Part shown: positions 1 through 12,043 of the stretch, one piece after another
How the letters are laid out: each line of letters opens with the position of its first letter
Numbering within the stretch: position 1 is the first letter of the stretch
Assembly: GCF_006345805.1 (NCBI RefSeq)
Contig: NW_021836180.1
Span: 124,001 to 188,000 of the forward strand
Length of the DNA: 64,000 nucleotides
Direction: 5' to 3'
From: Octopus sinensis
Lineage: Eukaryota
Program-made: the position numbers and the translations under genes
Notes under the pieces: model-generated
Databases searched by the model: none
Seen by the model: only the letters and a program-made list of their open reading frames with translations
Told to the model about the DNA's origin: nothing

Positions 1-834
1 ATGTAGCTTGTTATTCTCTTTAAGTGAACATTTTTCTGGTTGAAATACCCCGAAAAATGACGACACAGCAGTCAAATAATCGTAAAAAATAGGGATTTTC
101 ATAGAAAATATAGCACCTTTTTGATGTAAACAAGCTTTGGTGTTAACAAGGTCCGATTTCAATTTTTTCTTCCACAGACGGAAGAGCAAGCCTTATTCTA
201 TCATACACTCAATTTTGGTCAACTTGTGCCGCAGGGTCTCGGAGGAGATAGTGTTAGTTGAAGGCTACCAAACCTGCCACACACAGACAACTTCAGCTTT
301 ATATATATAGAGATACACACACACACACACACACACACATAAATGTGTGTGTGTTTTTGTATGTACGTTTTTGTATATATTTATACATTTGTGTGTCTAG
401 ATAGCTAGCTATCTATAAACACACACACACATACACGTATGTATATGTATTCTTTTATTCATTTCAGTTATTTGACTACGTCCATGCTGGAGTACCGTCT
501 TAAATCAAACAAATCAACCCCAGGTCTTATACCTTGTATGCCTACTACTTATTCTATTGGTCTCTTTTGCCGACTGTTAGGTTATGAGGATGTAAACACA
601 CCAACATTGGTTGTCAAGTGATGGTGGGGGATACAAACACAGACACACACAAATATACACTCGCAGAGATACCCGGCCTTCGTGGGATTAAAATGGCATA
701 GATTTTTATTGTTTTACTTGTTTCAGTCATCTGACTGCAGCCATGCTGGAGCACCGCCATTGGTCAAGAAATCAACCACAGGATTTATTCTTTGTAAGCC
801 GAGTACTCATTCTGTCAGTGTCTTATACCAAACT

Positions 835-1066
835 TATTTCTTTACTACCCACAAGGGGCTAAACACAGAGGGGACAAACAAGGACAGACAAATGGATTAA
901 GTCGATTATATCGACCCCTGTGCGTAACTGGTACTTATTTAATCAACCCCGAAAGGATGAAAGGCAAAGTCGACCTCGGCGGAATTTGAACCCAGAACGT
1001 AACAGCAGATGAAATATGGCTACGCATTTCGCCCAGTGTGCTAACAACTCTGCCAGCTTGCCGCCT
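835..1066 (-). mobile_element. tRNA-derived SINE (family 2), nested in another SINE (~710-1230)
   Basis: Head GGCGGCAAGCTGGCAGA..GTTCAAATTCCGCCGAGGTCGACTTTGCC. Relatives at 15136-15320, 15712-15945, 40989-41207 and 56845-57078. Confidence 0.7.
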
Positions 1067-1249
1067 TTGCTAAGTTACAGGAATGTAAACACAGCAACAC
1101 CAGTTAGCAAGCAATTGTTGGGCTACAAACACAAAACATGCACACACATACACATATACACGACAGTCTTCTTTCAGTTTCCGAGTACGAAATCCACTTA
1201 CAAGGTTTTGGTTGACCTGAGGCTATAATAAGCATATATATATTATATA

Positions 1250-2044
1250 TATAGTAGCTGACATACCCCGTAATTTCCAGGAAAGCGGGCTCATCCCTTA
1301 GTTCTGTTCTCATAATTGTTTTGCTAATTCAGTAACAACAATACAAAGTATGTAGCCCTTAAAGTATGTAGCCTTGAGAATACCGAACTGTCTTACAAAG
1401 GATCTTGTTTTTTGGAATTCCCAATAAGTTATGAATACTCAAATTGTGAAGTCAGTTATGTAATAACATGAAATTTATTACCCTATAGTAAGAATTCAAA
1501 TAATGTAGCCCCAAAAAGGGCTTTAATATGTTCCCAGAGTATATAGATTTTAGGAGGAAATACTAAATGCTTTTGTGCGTTCCCAGAGAATATTCCCCTC
1601 AGCAGCGCTAGTGTTGCTATATTTGTGAATAAGTCACTAACCGAAATAAGTGGATCTATTGTTTAGGAGAATACTATTTACTTGTTTAAGCGTTGTCTTG
1701 GATAAATTGAGAAAATAACTAAAACACTTCAAATACTAAGAAATAAGCATAATGAAAATGAATGGGTTATTTCCCTTGATGGTTATTTCCAGGAGGGAAT
1801 GGGTTATTTCCCTTGGAAGCTTAAAATAATTACTCACACCGTTCACTCATGCCCAAATGTTATTCCTCTTGCTGTTTACCCGAACATTTTTTCGAAATCA
1901 ATTAATACTTAAAACCTCCCCAGATACATAAGGAATGTACGTTTGAAGTTTAAGAAAAATTGGTCAAGCCATTTTGATGCAAAAACGAGAACATACCGAT
2001 ACACACACACACGCACAAACACTTTCAGTTTTAATATATAAGAT
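1250..2044 (+). mobile_element. Non-autonomous Helitron/Helentron (HINE/DINE-like) element (copy at ~27416-28260)
   Basis: Starts TAGTAGCTGACATACCCCG and ends GGTCAAGCCATTTTG..(AC)n..ACTTTCAGTTTTAATATATAAG. A similar terminus is at 1-311. Family assignment is by resemblance only. Confidence 0.4.
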
Positions 2045-3189
2045 TACTGGCTTCTTTCAGTTTCTGTCTACCAAATCCACTCACAAGGTTTTAGTTGTCC
2101 CAAGGCTGTAATAGAAGACACTCGCCCATGATGCCACGCAGTGAGACTGAACCTGGAACCATGTGGTTGGGAAGCAGGCTTCTTACCACAAAGCCATGCT
2201 GTGCCTTACATATATACGTGTGGATATATGCACACATATATACAAAAAAGATGTATGCATATGAAATATAATGGGTGTATGTGTGTGTTTGTGTGACCAA
2301 CTAGAAGTACATAGAACTGAATACGGCATGCAAAAAGTAAATAAAAAAAATTTTCTACGTAAATTAATGAACAATCAAATTTTGACAGTTCTGAGGGATA
2401 TACCGAAAGAATGTCCGTTTAACTTTTATATTTTTCTTTGTTTCAGTTATTAAGACTGTGGCCATGCTGGGACATCGTCTTGAAGAATGTTTTTACTTGT
2501 ATGAATTGATCCCAGAACTATTTTCTTTTTTCTTTATGTCTGGAACTTATTCATTAGTTTCTTTAGCCAAACCGCTAAGTTACAGAGATGAAAACACCAA
2601 CACTGGTTGTCAAATGGTGGCGGGGGGGGGGGGCAAACACTGACACACACACACCTGACAGGCTTCTTCTAGTTTCCATCTACCAAATCCACTCACAGGG
2701 CTTTGGTCGGTCCAAGGCTCTCGTAGATAATGCATACCCAAGGTGCCATGCAGTGGGACTGAACCCGAAACTATGTGGTTGGGAAGCAAGCTTCCTACCA
2801 CACAGTCCTCTTACAATGAATAGATGTTTAGCAGACTCTCTCTCTCTCTGTTATATATACATGAGTACGGACGTAGTAGATAACAGCTAGCCTTTGGCCA
2901 CTGTTTTGCACCCTGTTGTATTGGTTGGTATTGGCGCACTTTTGTCTCTTGCTCTGTTACACACCAATGTGCAACCCAACCAATCGAAGCCTTCTATCAA
3001 CCGTGTAGTGTACTAAAGGGGCCTTTCTCATCACCTCTCCTTCGCATGGTCGTTTACAGATAATACACCTGACATCCTGTCTGACAGGTACGGGACTTAA
3101 ATAGGAAGATCGCCTCGGTTTTATTTAAGTTCTATCTTTATGCCATCTTTATTACCTCTGGCATTTTAAAAGCTTTATATAATACAAAG

Positions 3190-3223
<34 letters not shown>

Positions 3224-4122
3224 GTATGTGAATTCGGAACGTCTGTGTGAGAGAGTGTGCATGTGAGAGGAAGAGAGTAAAAGTGAGAGGAAATGTGTGA
3301 GGCAGAGAGAAAGGGGGAGAATGTGTATGTGAAGGCGCGGAAGAGACAGATTGAATGCGTTCATGTATGAAAGAGAAAGAGAAGTATTTCAGTGAAAACG
3401 AAGCAGCTCCTTAGAAGTTGCTCAATTTGCACGAAATAGCAGCCAATTCTTTTGAAATCTCATCCTACCGTCTTAAATAAAGAAATACACCCAGGACTAT
3501 GTTATCCTGTATATATGAAAAGGCGCACGCATGGAGCAGGTTTGATCATAGGTGTCGCTCGATCAGTGTTGTCATGGAGTTACGATAACACGTAACTCTT
3601 AGTGATGAGAGAATATAAACAGATGAAAAGCAACTGAGAAATTATAGACACAAATCAATTAGATAAGAAAAACATTGATTTGGTCACTCGACAACAGTTA
3701 TCGCAGTTCAATAAAAACACATTTTAACAACTTCCTATAGCAAAGAAAATGTAATTTCACTGACCCGAAAGAGTTAAATATGTAAGGAAAGAAAAAAAAA
3801 TGGATAAAGAAAAGTTGAAAATCAATTAAAAAATGAAAATGGATTAATTCGGGGGGGAACCGTTGAATAAAACAAAACGATTTATCATAGTCGAAGTAGA
3901 TATCTAACAATTTTTTATGTATTTATCGAAGTTAAAGTAGATATCTAACAACTTCTTGAGGCAAAAGAGGCGTGGCTGTGTGGTAAAAAGCTTGCTTTCC
4001 AATTACATTGTCACGGATTCGGTTCAACTGCGTAGCACCTTGGACAGGTGTTTTGCACTGTAGCCTTCGACCAACCAAAGCCTTCTGAGTTTTTTTTTTT
4101 AGAATGGAGGATATGAGGAGTG

Positions 4123-4366
4123 GGTACTATTTAAAAAGAGTGGTCCCGGTGCGCGCACTCGTGTACTCGCGCAACAGCGCTAGCTAGTCGTGACTAGTCG
4201 ATCCTAAAACGACTACCTAGCAAAGTAAATAAAACACAAAATAACTCTTTTTTTTTTACACAAAGTAAATAAAACACAAAAACACACAGTAAGGATCGAC
4301 CAGTCACGACTAGCTGGCGCGGATGCGCGAGTACGCGCACCGGGATCACTCTCTGTATATAGTATC
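4123..4366. mobile_element. MITE with GC-rich TIRs, Merlin-like (copy at 30338-30579; left half at 61393-61512)
   Basis: Ends GGTACTAT...ATAGTATC, ~75-bp inverted arms (GAGTGGTCCCGGTGCGCG..GATCCT / AGGATC..GCACCGGGATCACTC), 9-bp TSD TGAGGAGTG/TTAGGAGTG with one mismatch. Confidence 0.7.
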
Positions 4367-6129
4367 TTAGGAGTGTTCGCCAGGATGATTTAAACTAATA
4401 GGTATGTAACCCAAATTCCTGACAGTAACATATAAATATATATGTGAAGCGAGTGTCCTACTCATCTCTTTCCAAAAGCATAAAAGTCCGTACGTTTTAC
4501 GCATGCGTAGATTTCACCTGAAACAGCAGACGACAAAATATGAAGCCCTCACCAGAAAACTCGATATGCTAGAAATAACAGCTAAACGTCCGAAAATATC
4601 TTTTCCTCAGCTTAACGCCCTTTTTTCTTTCTTTTTTTCTTTTCTCTAAATCTTAACTCTCCGTATCTATTTGAATCTTGTTGCCATGCTACAAATTATC
4701 TTCGTGTTGTGTTTATAAAGAAATAGTAAATAATTCGTACCGAAAATTTTGTTAAATATGCGTATTTGTATCAAGTTGAACTGCAACGAACCTGTGTGTG
4801 CTGCTACAGCCAATGCCACCATATTTCAAGCAGGGGTATTAGAAAAGTTTTCCATTACAATTTGTGATTAAATTAATAAGTAAGATTAATATTTATAATG
4901 AATTTGCCATTTTCGATGGGTGTGCACCGCACACCAAGCACATCCAGAATATACGCCCAGCGTGTGTGTGTGTTTCCTAAGAAAATTTGAAATGAAAAAT
5001 TCTTTTTGGATCTTTTCTTTTAGATGGACGGAATTTTCTAGTTAACTAAAAAAATTTGAAACTTCGTATACTGGTAGAATGTGTCAAAACAAAACATTAT
5101 TGGATCCTTTTTTTTTTTTCCATATTCATAAACACCGTATGTTTCCAGGAGGATTAAACAGAAAAAAAAAAAATTTTTTAAAAAGTGAAAAATTTTAAAA
5201 TTGGGGGGGGGGGGATTAAAATTTTGAAAACGTATTTTTATTTAAGCAAAGTCGCTCGTAATCTCCGATTTCGAAAACGTAGGAATCCAAAGAAAGTTAT
5301 GAAAAAAAAAAAAAAAAAAAACAGAAGGGGTGCTTGCACTTTACCCCCACCAAGAAACCGATAGAATATGTGCTAGGTTTTAAAAATATGTCCTGGGGTC
5401 GATTTGTTCGACTAAAACACATCAAGGCGGTGCTCCAGCATGACCGCAGTCAAATGCCTGAAACAAGTAAAAGATAAAAGGTACCCATCACACAAGTGCG
5501 TCTCCCACCCGACATCGACGGAAGCTGTATAGTGACCAAAATTACTTTGTCGATTCATTCGACTAAGATTCCTTAAGGCGGTGCCCCAGCATGACCACAA
5601 TCAAATCACTGGAACAAATAAATGATAAAAGAAAGGTAACAACTGGCCCCATGGCAAAATAACGGGTTAACATGCAGTTTACAGATGAAAAAAGAAAATA
5701 GTGTCAATATAAAAGTGAAAGCGAATTGCAATGAAAATTAGAGGCGTCAATATCGCCATCCTATAATTTCAAGTGGAAAATATATCTTCATAGACAAGGG
5801 CGGAAAATAAGTCCGAATTAAAAAATTAAAAAGCATTTCCCAAATAATGAATATAAATCATTTATAGAGAAAATAAATATTGATTATGTCACTTGTCAAT
5901 GATGATCGAAGTCCAATATAGATGTTTTAGCAACTTTTTACAGAAAAGTAAAAGCAATATCACCAACTTCGAGGAAATAGATTTCAAAAAGGGGTAAAAA
6001 TACGTTTAAAAGCAATAGAAAAACTAATGAGCACAAACTAATTATAAGAAAAGACTGTTGTTTAGATTAAGTCATTTGTCAATTATCACGGTCCATGAAG
6101 AAGCTTTAAAATTATCGCAGTAAGTTGTT

Positions 6130-6305
6130 ACTTACCTGTTGAGAGAAATAAAAGGTGAAATATGTCTCGTTGATAAGTTTAAAGTTTATAATTCAAGAGG
6201 ATAAAATAAACAACGAGTATATATCCGGGTTTCTTTTCTGCCAAAAGAAATTGTACGAAACGGAACTGCGTATATATGAAGTGGAAAGTAATCTTACAGA
6301 TTGGT
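6130..6305 (-). promoter_or_regulatory. Candidate promoter plus non-coding first exon, unit 1
   Basis: Perfect donor CAG|GTAAGT at 6130-6138, TATATA boxes at ~6218-6224 and ~6271-6277, CCAAT at 6300-6304. Conserved in all three units. Not confirmed by transcripts. Confidence 0.45.
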
Positions 6306-6710
6306 TGAATATCTTAATAGCTTAGAAGTTCTGTTCTCCACGTAAAATGCATCAACAGAAAAGTACGAGCAACCCGGTTAAGCGAGAAACGTAAATTCAT
6401 TAATAAAACAAATTTTAAGTATAATACCAAAGCAGATGATGAACCAGATTATATAATGGTGCGCCACCAACAACAAATTAGACGGAGAAGGGGAGGACGA
6501 AGAGAGAGAGAGAGAAAGAGAGAGGAGGCGTGGGAGAGGCCAGCAACGCCCATCAATGCATTTATATTGACAATTACGAAAACCTCTTTCTACAACCACT
6601 TGGGACCTCTTGGTGTTCAATTGATATTTTTCTTACTTTTTATTTCCTTTTTTCTCCTCTTCGCTCCTGTTTGTGTTCGGTTTGGATTTGTATTTTAATG
6701 TGGTTTTATG

Positions 6711-6744
<34 letters not shown>

Positions 6745-8723
6745 GACCTTTATATAAATAAATAACGTGAAATACACGAAGAGACGAACAAAAAGACAAA
6801 TAAGTCATTCAAGCCTTTATTCTTCAGTCAGAAACTGATCCCTCATCGCAGATTTCGGCTGTTTAATTCTGAGATCCGCTCTGAATCAGCCAGCCACAGA
6901 AGGAAAGAATGAAACGCAACAGAGACGAACAGGAAACAAAAAAATCTTTTTTGGGGACAGTAACGATTGAAAACATGAATGACACAGGCGCCCTACGGCT
7001 TTGAGACAAAAAGAGAGACACAAAAATAATAATAATATGTATATATATATATTCCTCTTTATATATATAGTGAGATACTACAATAAACATATTTCGATTG
7101 GAAAAACAACAAAAAATGAGGAATGTAAAAACTAATTGCGAAACGAAATAGTTTCATTTGGTGTAAACGGATGCAATATGTATCCTTGTGTAAATAATAT
7201 TATCATAGTTAAACCAAGCTGTGAATAAGCCAAAGATTTGGTGTTGGTGTTGATAGCTAATCGTATATCTCTTGTGTGCCATGTTTGTCATTGTAGATTC
7301 TGTGATCAAATCCTGGAGGGGGTTTCCTCAATGCAAGGGGTCTATCCTGCATACATTGTAACGTATAGTCTGTTATTCAATTACTTGTTTTAATTATTGG
7401 ACATCTGCCATGTTGGGGCACTGTTTTCAGAGGTTTAGTTATCTTTTCGCTTTGACCGGCAGATTTTAAAAATAATTTCTTTGTAACTAAACACTTTTAA
7501 ACTTCGTATACCGGTAGAATGTGTTTATAAAACATCTTTTTCTCTTGGCTTTCTTGAGAGAATTATGTAGTTTGTAAGCTATTTGTTGTTTAATTTCTTG
7601 CATTTCGGCAATTTCAACCAATCAATGACGTCTATTGAGGTGAATTTTTTTTTAACCCTGAAATACTGTAAATGTGTGTGTTTCTTTTGATGAAAGGGTG
7701 TTTTAAGAGAGATTTGCTATATTTGTAGTAGCTCAAGTTACCAGACACACACACACGTGTGTGTGTGTGTGTGTGTGTGCATGTGTGTTTTGTTGTGGGG
7801 AAAAAAATACTTTCTCTCGGAATATTTTGCACGATAATTTTTAAAGAAATCTGGTCATCTTTCTTACTGCCAACCATCGCACTTCAGATTACAATTGTTA
7901 ATTGTTGGAAGTCAAGTAGACTGAGATGCACATATACTGTTACCGTATAGAGTGGAAGTTCAATACGAAGTCTTGAACTCATTATCCTGTGGTTAGTAAC
8001 CCATTACCTTAAAGTTGAAACCATTAAGTCTTTAAACATTATTTTGTTTGGTTTTCTTTCGACTGTTGCCATGATGATGTATCGCCTTCAAAAATTTAAT
8101 TGATCATACTGACCTCAATACGTATTTCAATCTGGCATTTATTTTATAGATCTCTGCTTGATGAACTTCTAACTTGGAGACATAGTGGGACGAATGACTG
8201 TGTAGTTGAGAAGTTTGCTTCCCAACCATATGGTTCCATGTTCAGTCGCTTTGCATAGTAGCTTGGGCAAGTGTTTTCTACTATAGCCCCTAGATCAACC
8301 ACAGATATCTGACTGAATTTGGTAAACGGAAACTGCAGGGTTGTTAATCACAAAATGACCGAAAAGCATGTTCATAAGGTAGAGTTGTTTGCTTCATGTT
8401 CCACGTGTGCTAATTCTGCCCGTAAGAAAGAAACAATGTGACTGTAGGTCATTACACCTGGGCAACTATACACCTAAAACCACACTAATAGCTTAGGAGT
8501 GAAATTTAGGATTTCACAGTTTTCTGTGAATTGATTTTGATAAAACTTTTCCCAGCTGGTTTGCACACTATAGCAACACTATTGTTTTGTTTTCATTATT
8601 TTGCGTAACGTCCTTTCATTTTTTTTTATTTCAGATTCTTCAGTTTTTGGGTGTACCACACTAATAACTTTTAAATGAAAATAGTCTATCTAGACATTTT
8701 TCCAGAAAGTGAAGGGGGATCTT

Positions 8724-9447
8724 TACCTTTTGACTGACAGATTTTAAAAATAATTTTTTGTAACTAAACACTTTCAAACTTCGTATACTGGTAGAATGTG
8801 TCACATAAAACATCTTTTAATCTTGGCGTTGTTGAGAAAATTCTGTATTTTGGAAGTTATTTCTTGTTAAAGTTGTCGTATTTTGGTAATTTCAACCAAT
8901 CAATGACGTGTATTCAGCTGAATAAAATTACTGCTGTTGTTTGTTAACTACAACTATTGGCGTGTTTGTCACTGTTATTTTTGACATTGTTCATGCATTT
9001 GTACTGGTTTTAGCTTTAAGGTGTTAGGGTTAGGATTTTAGGGTTAAGGTTTTAGGGTTAGGGTTTTAGAGTTAGGTTTAAGGTTTTAGGGTTAGGGTTG
9101 GGGTTTTAGGGTTAGGGTTACGGAAAAAAATGAAAAATGAAGCACGAACAATTATGGTGGTGCTATAAAGTAAACATGCTTCAGATACACTCGTTTATTC
9201 ATACAAACGTAACTGAGATTAAATATGTCATAAATAAAACGACAAACGAAATATACACTGCCGGAAGTTGTTGATAAGAAACAACAGCATTAATTTTATT
9301 CATCTGAATACACGTCATTGATTGGTTGAAATTACCGAAATATGACAACTTTAACAAGAAATAACTTCCAAAATTTGAGAATTTTCTGTGACACATTCTT
9401 ACCAGTATACGAAGTTTGAAAGTGTTTAGTTACAAAAATTATTTTTG
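8724..9447. mobile_element. Foldback element with ~200-bp TIRs around degenerate (TTAGGG)n (copy at ~34950-35674)
   Basis: Arms at ~8750-8955 and ~9267-9447 are reverse complements. Telomere-like repeats at 9011-9120. Single-arm relatives at ~5030-5290 and ~7440-7640. Confidence 0.7.
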
Positions 9448-10266
9448 TTACAAAACTTTACAACCATGATATTTAGGGTTCAGTCCCACAAGACAATACC
9501 TTCAGCAAGTGTCTTCTATTATAGCCGAGAGCAGACCAATTCCTTGTGAGTGTGTTTGGTACACAGGAACAGGGTGGAGGCCCATTTTGTGTGTGTGTGT
9601 GAGTGTGTTTATTATACCTCCTCATAATTTAGCTGTTCTACCATAGAGACTGATGGAATAACTACCCAATTTTAAAATAAATGAGTTTTGGGGTTGATGT
9701 GTTTAACTAAAAAATGCCTTTTAGGTTGTGACTTAGAATGGCTGCAGTCCAACGACCAAAATGAGTTGTGGATAAAAGACGGGATATGGTATACACATAG
9801 TTACATTAAAATTCCGATTCACAAAACGTGTACAGGGCCAGAAATGTGTGTAGAGTATGTAATTGATTTAATCAATTTTATTTCTTAATTGGCCATTCTT
9901 TTATGGACATCAAAAGCATAAAAAGCAAAGCCAAGATTGGTGACTATTGCACCTACAGCTAAAAAAAGAAAAAAATCAAATAATTCAGTTCCATGCAGAG
10001 TTAAATGTTCAGTACTCAGTTTGAATGTCTTTAAACTTCATATATTCATATTGCACACAGAAAATAACACAAGTTCAATAAATATAAGGATTATGGTTTT
10101 ATATTTTATTATATTTTACAGCTGTATAGATATATAAAATATTTGTTTATTGATCTGTTACAGGAATTAGCTGAGTAAAAGTAATGATATACAAGTTAAA
10201 ATGTTAAGGTATTTTTCTCAGTTATACAGTAGTGAAAGTCTTAAAATATGAAATAAACAGAAATTG

Positions 10267-11038
10267 TTAGGCAACCATTTTGTTTTTTATGAAGTTTGTA
10301 GCTTTTTCTAGTAACTTCTCTGAATACAGTGGTTGTATATTCTGAGATTCCAGCCACACAATTGCTTTCTTTTCAATAAATTCCCATTCACAGTGCTGGG
10401 AAGCTAATTTTTCTCTTAGTACAGCAACAACAAGAGCTGTAGCCCATACTTTATCACTAACAGATGGATTCTCTTTGTTCAGATCCTTAAGAGAAATATT
10501 GAGAGCTTGAGCCAATTGATCATCTAGATTCCAGAAACCAGAGAAAGCTTGTAGATCAACCAAACCTGTTAAAATGTCCTTAATTGTTCCCTTTGAAGAG
10601 GTTAAGTCTGAGTGAGGTGACTGTCTTGAATTCTCAGCATTTATACTTAAGGAATTATTTATGGAAGCATACATTCCAGCTATATCTTCTCTCGGACGTA
10701 CTGGCATTGGCATAGAGTGTTGTAAAACTCTGTTGTAAAACTTACGGAACATTCTTACTATTGCAGGAACATTCTTACTACGAGAACGCCTGGCTTTAGG
10801 TGTAAATGTCCTAGAGACTGTTTGAATAGCAACTGGAACATGTTCATCCAAAGCAACAAAACTTGTGTACTTTGAAACTAAATTAGCCATTGTACCCAAA
10901 TCGATAATCTCTGATTTTATTTCATCACCTTTACCCAAATCTTCATTTAATTCCAATTCCTGTATTTTCCTTTTCACACAAAGACGGTGTATTGTCATTT
11001 CCTTATTATTCTGTCCCAACAACCTTGCTTCAAAATCA
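10267..11038 (-). pseudogene. VWA5A-like copy A, 3' fragment only (VIT, vWA and splice acceptor deleted)
   Basis: Nearly identical to the 3' third of copy C. At 11038/11039 the sequence jumps from the equivalent of 37265 to the equivalent of 39774, a 2.5-kb deletion. Confidence 0.85.
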
Positions 11039-12043
11039 GTGAAGACATTTGACTTTGCTAACACTGAATATGGATTCCATAAGTTTTGTGATAAAACTCT
11101 TCCAACATATTCCTGTGTCTTACAACACTACCCAACAAGTTGTACTTTTGGTCTTTAGTGTTTGTTCTATATTATCCCATCATGAAACTAAAATGGATTC
11201 ATCTTAATTTTCATTCTTTTACTTGTTTCAGTTATTAAACTGCGACCATACTGGGGCACTGACTTGAAGATGTGAGTAGAGCAAATCTCTTAACAGAAAT
11301 CCAGAATAAGATGTACACATAAATGTCAAGGTTTTTCAAATAGTATCTAATATCATAAGAATGATAGTAATGATGAACCAAGATAAAATACAGATGTGAT
11401 AAACGTAGGATAGAGTTTTATACAATTATTTGTCTCAGATATTTATTTATTAAACCCCGTTTCGTTAAGGAATTTCTAATGACAAAAGACAATATGAAGC
11501 CTGGTGAGTAATGAACCTATAGCTACATAATGATTATTTTACTTAGTTTTGTAGAGTTAAATGCTTGCTACTCAGTTTGAATGTCTTTAACTGTTTCTCT
11601 ACTATATTTCAGTTGAAATGCATGGCATTTGTTTTGATTAATTTTCAAAATAATGAAGAATTTAGTGATATAACTTTGTCATTATTAAGCTGGTGTTTGG
11701 GACATAAACTACAACGATGTTTTGAGGGAAGGTTATAATTTCATAACAAACAGGAAGTTTGTGTCACTGAATCCCCAAAAGTGCGTAAATGGTTTTTTTC
11801 AATCTTGTTTTTAGTCTTGGAAATATATTTACATTTCACACAAAAAAATAACACAAAATCAACAAATATAGGATTATGGCTCTATATTTCATTATATTTT
11901 ACAGCTGTATAGATATATAAAATATTTGTTTACAGATATTTTAGAGGAATTAGTAAAGTATTGATATACAAGTTAAAATGTTAAGGTATTTTTCTCGGTT
12001 ATACAGTAGTGAAAGTTTTAAAATATGAAATAAACAGAAATCG

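Larger units (their letters stand above)
959..11038 (+). repeat. Segmental duplication block, near-identical to 27124-37265
   Basis: Collinear sequence at offset ~26.2 kb. Identical spurious ORFs appear in both (e.g. 1016/27182, 3152/29368, 9937/36164). Confidence 0.95.

Noticed and set aside
439-3364. Recurrent short ORFs with AMLEHRL, CKPSTYSIGLFC, CPRCHAVG, GWEASFLPH
   Set aside because: Translations of SINE sequence, not a peptide family.
6800-6840. Possible minus-strand hammerhead (CTGAAGA..GAATG)
   Set aside because: No GAAA box and no paired stem II; too degenerate to call.
9011-9120. Telomere or chromosome-fusion site
   Set aside because: Short, degenerate, single orientation and enclosed by transposon-like inverted arms.
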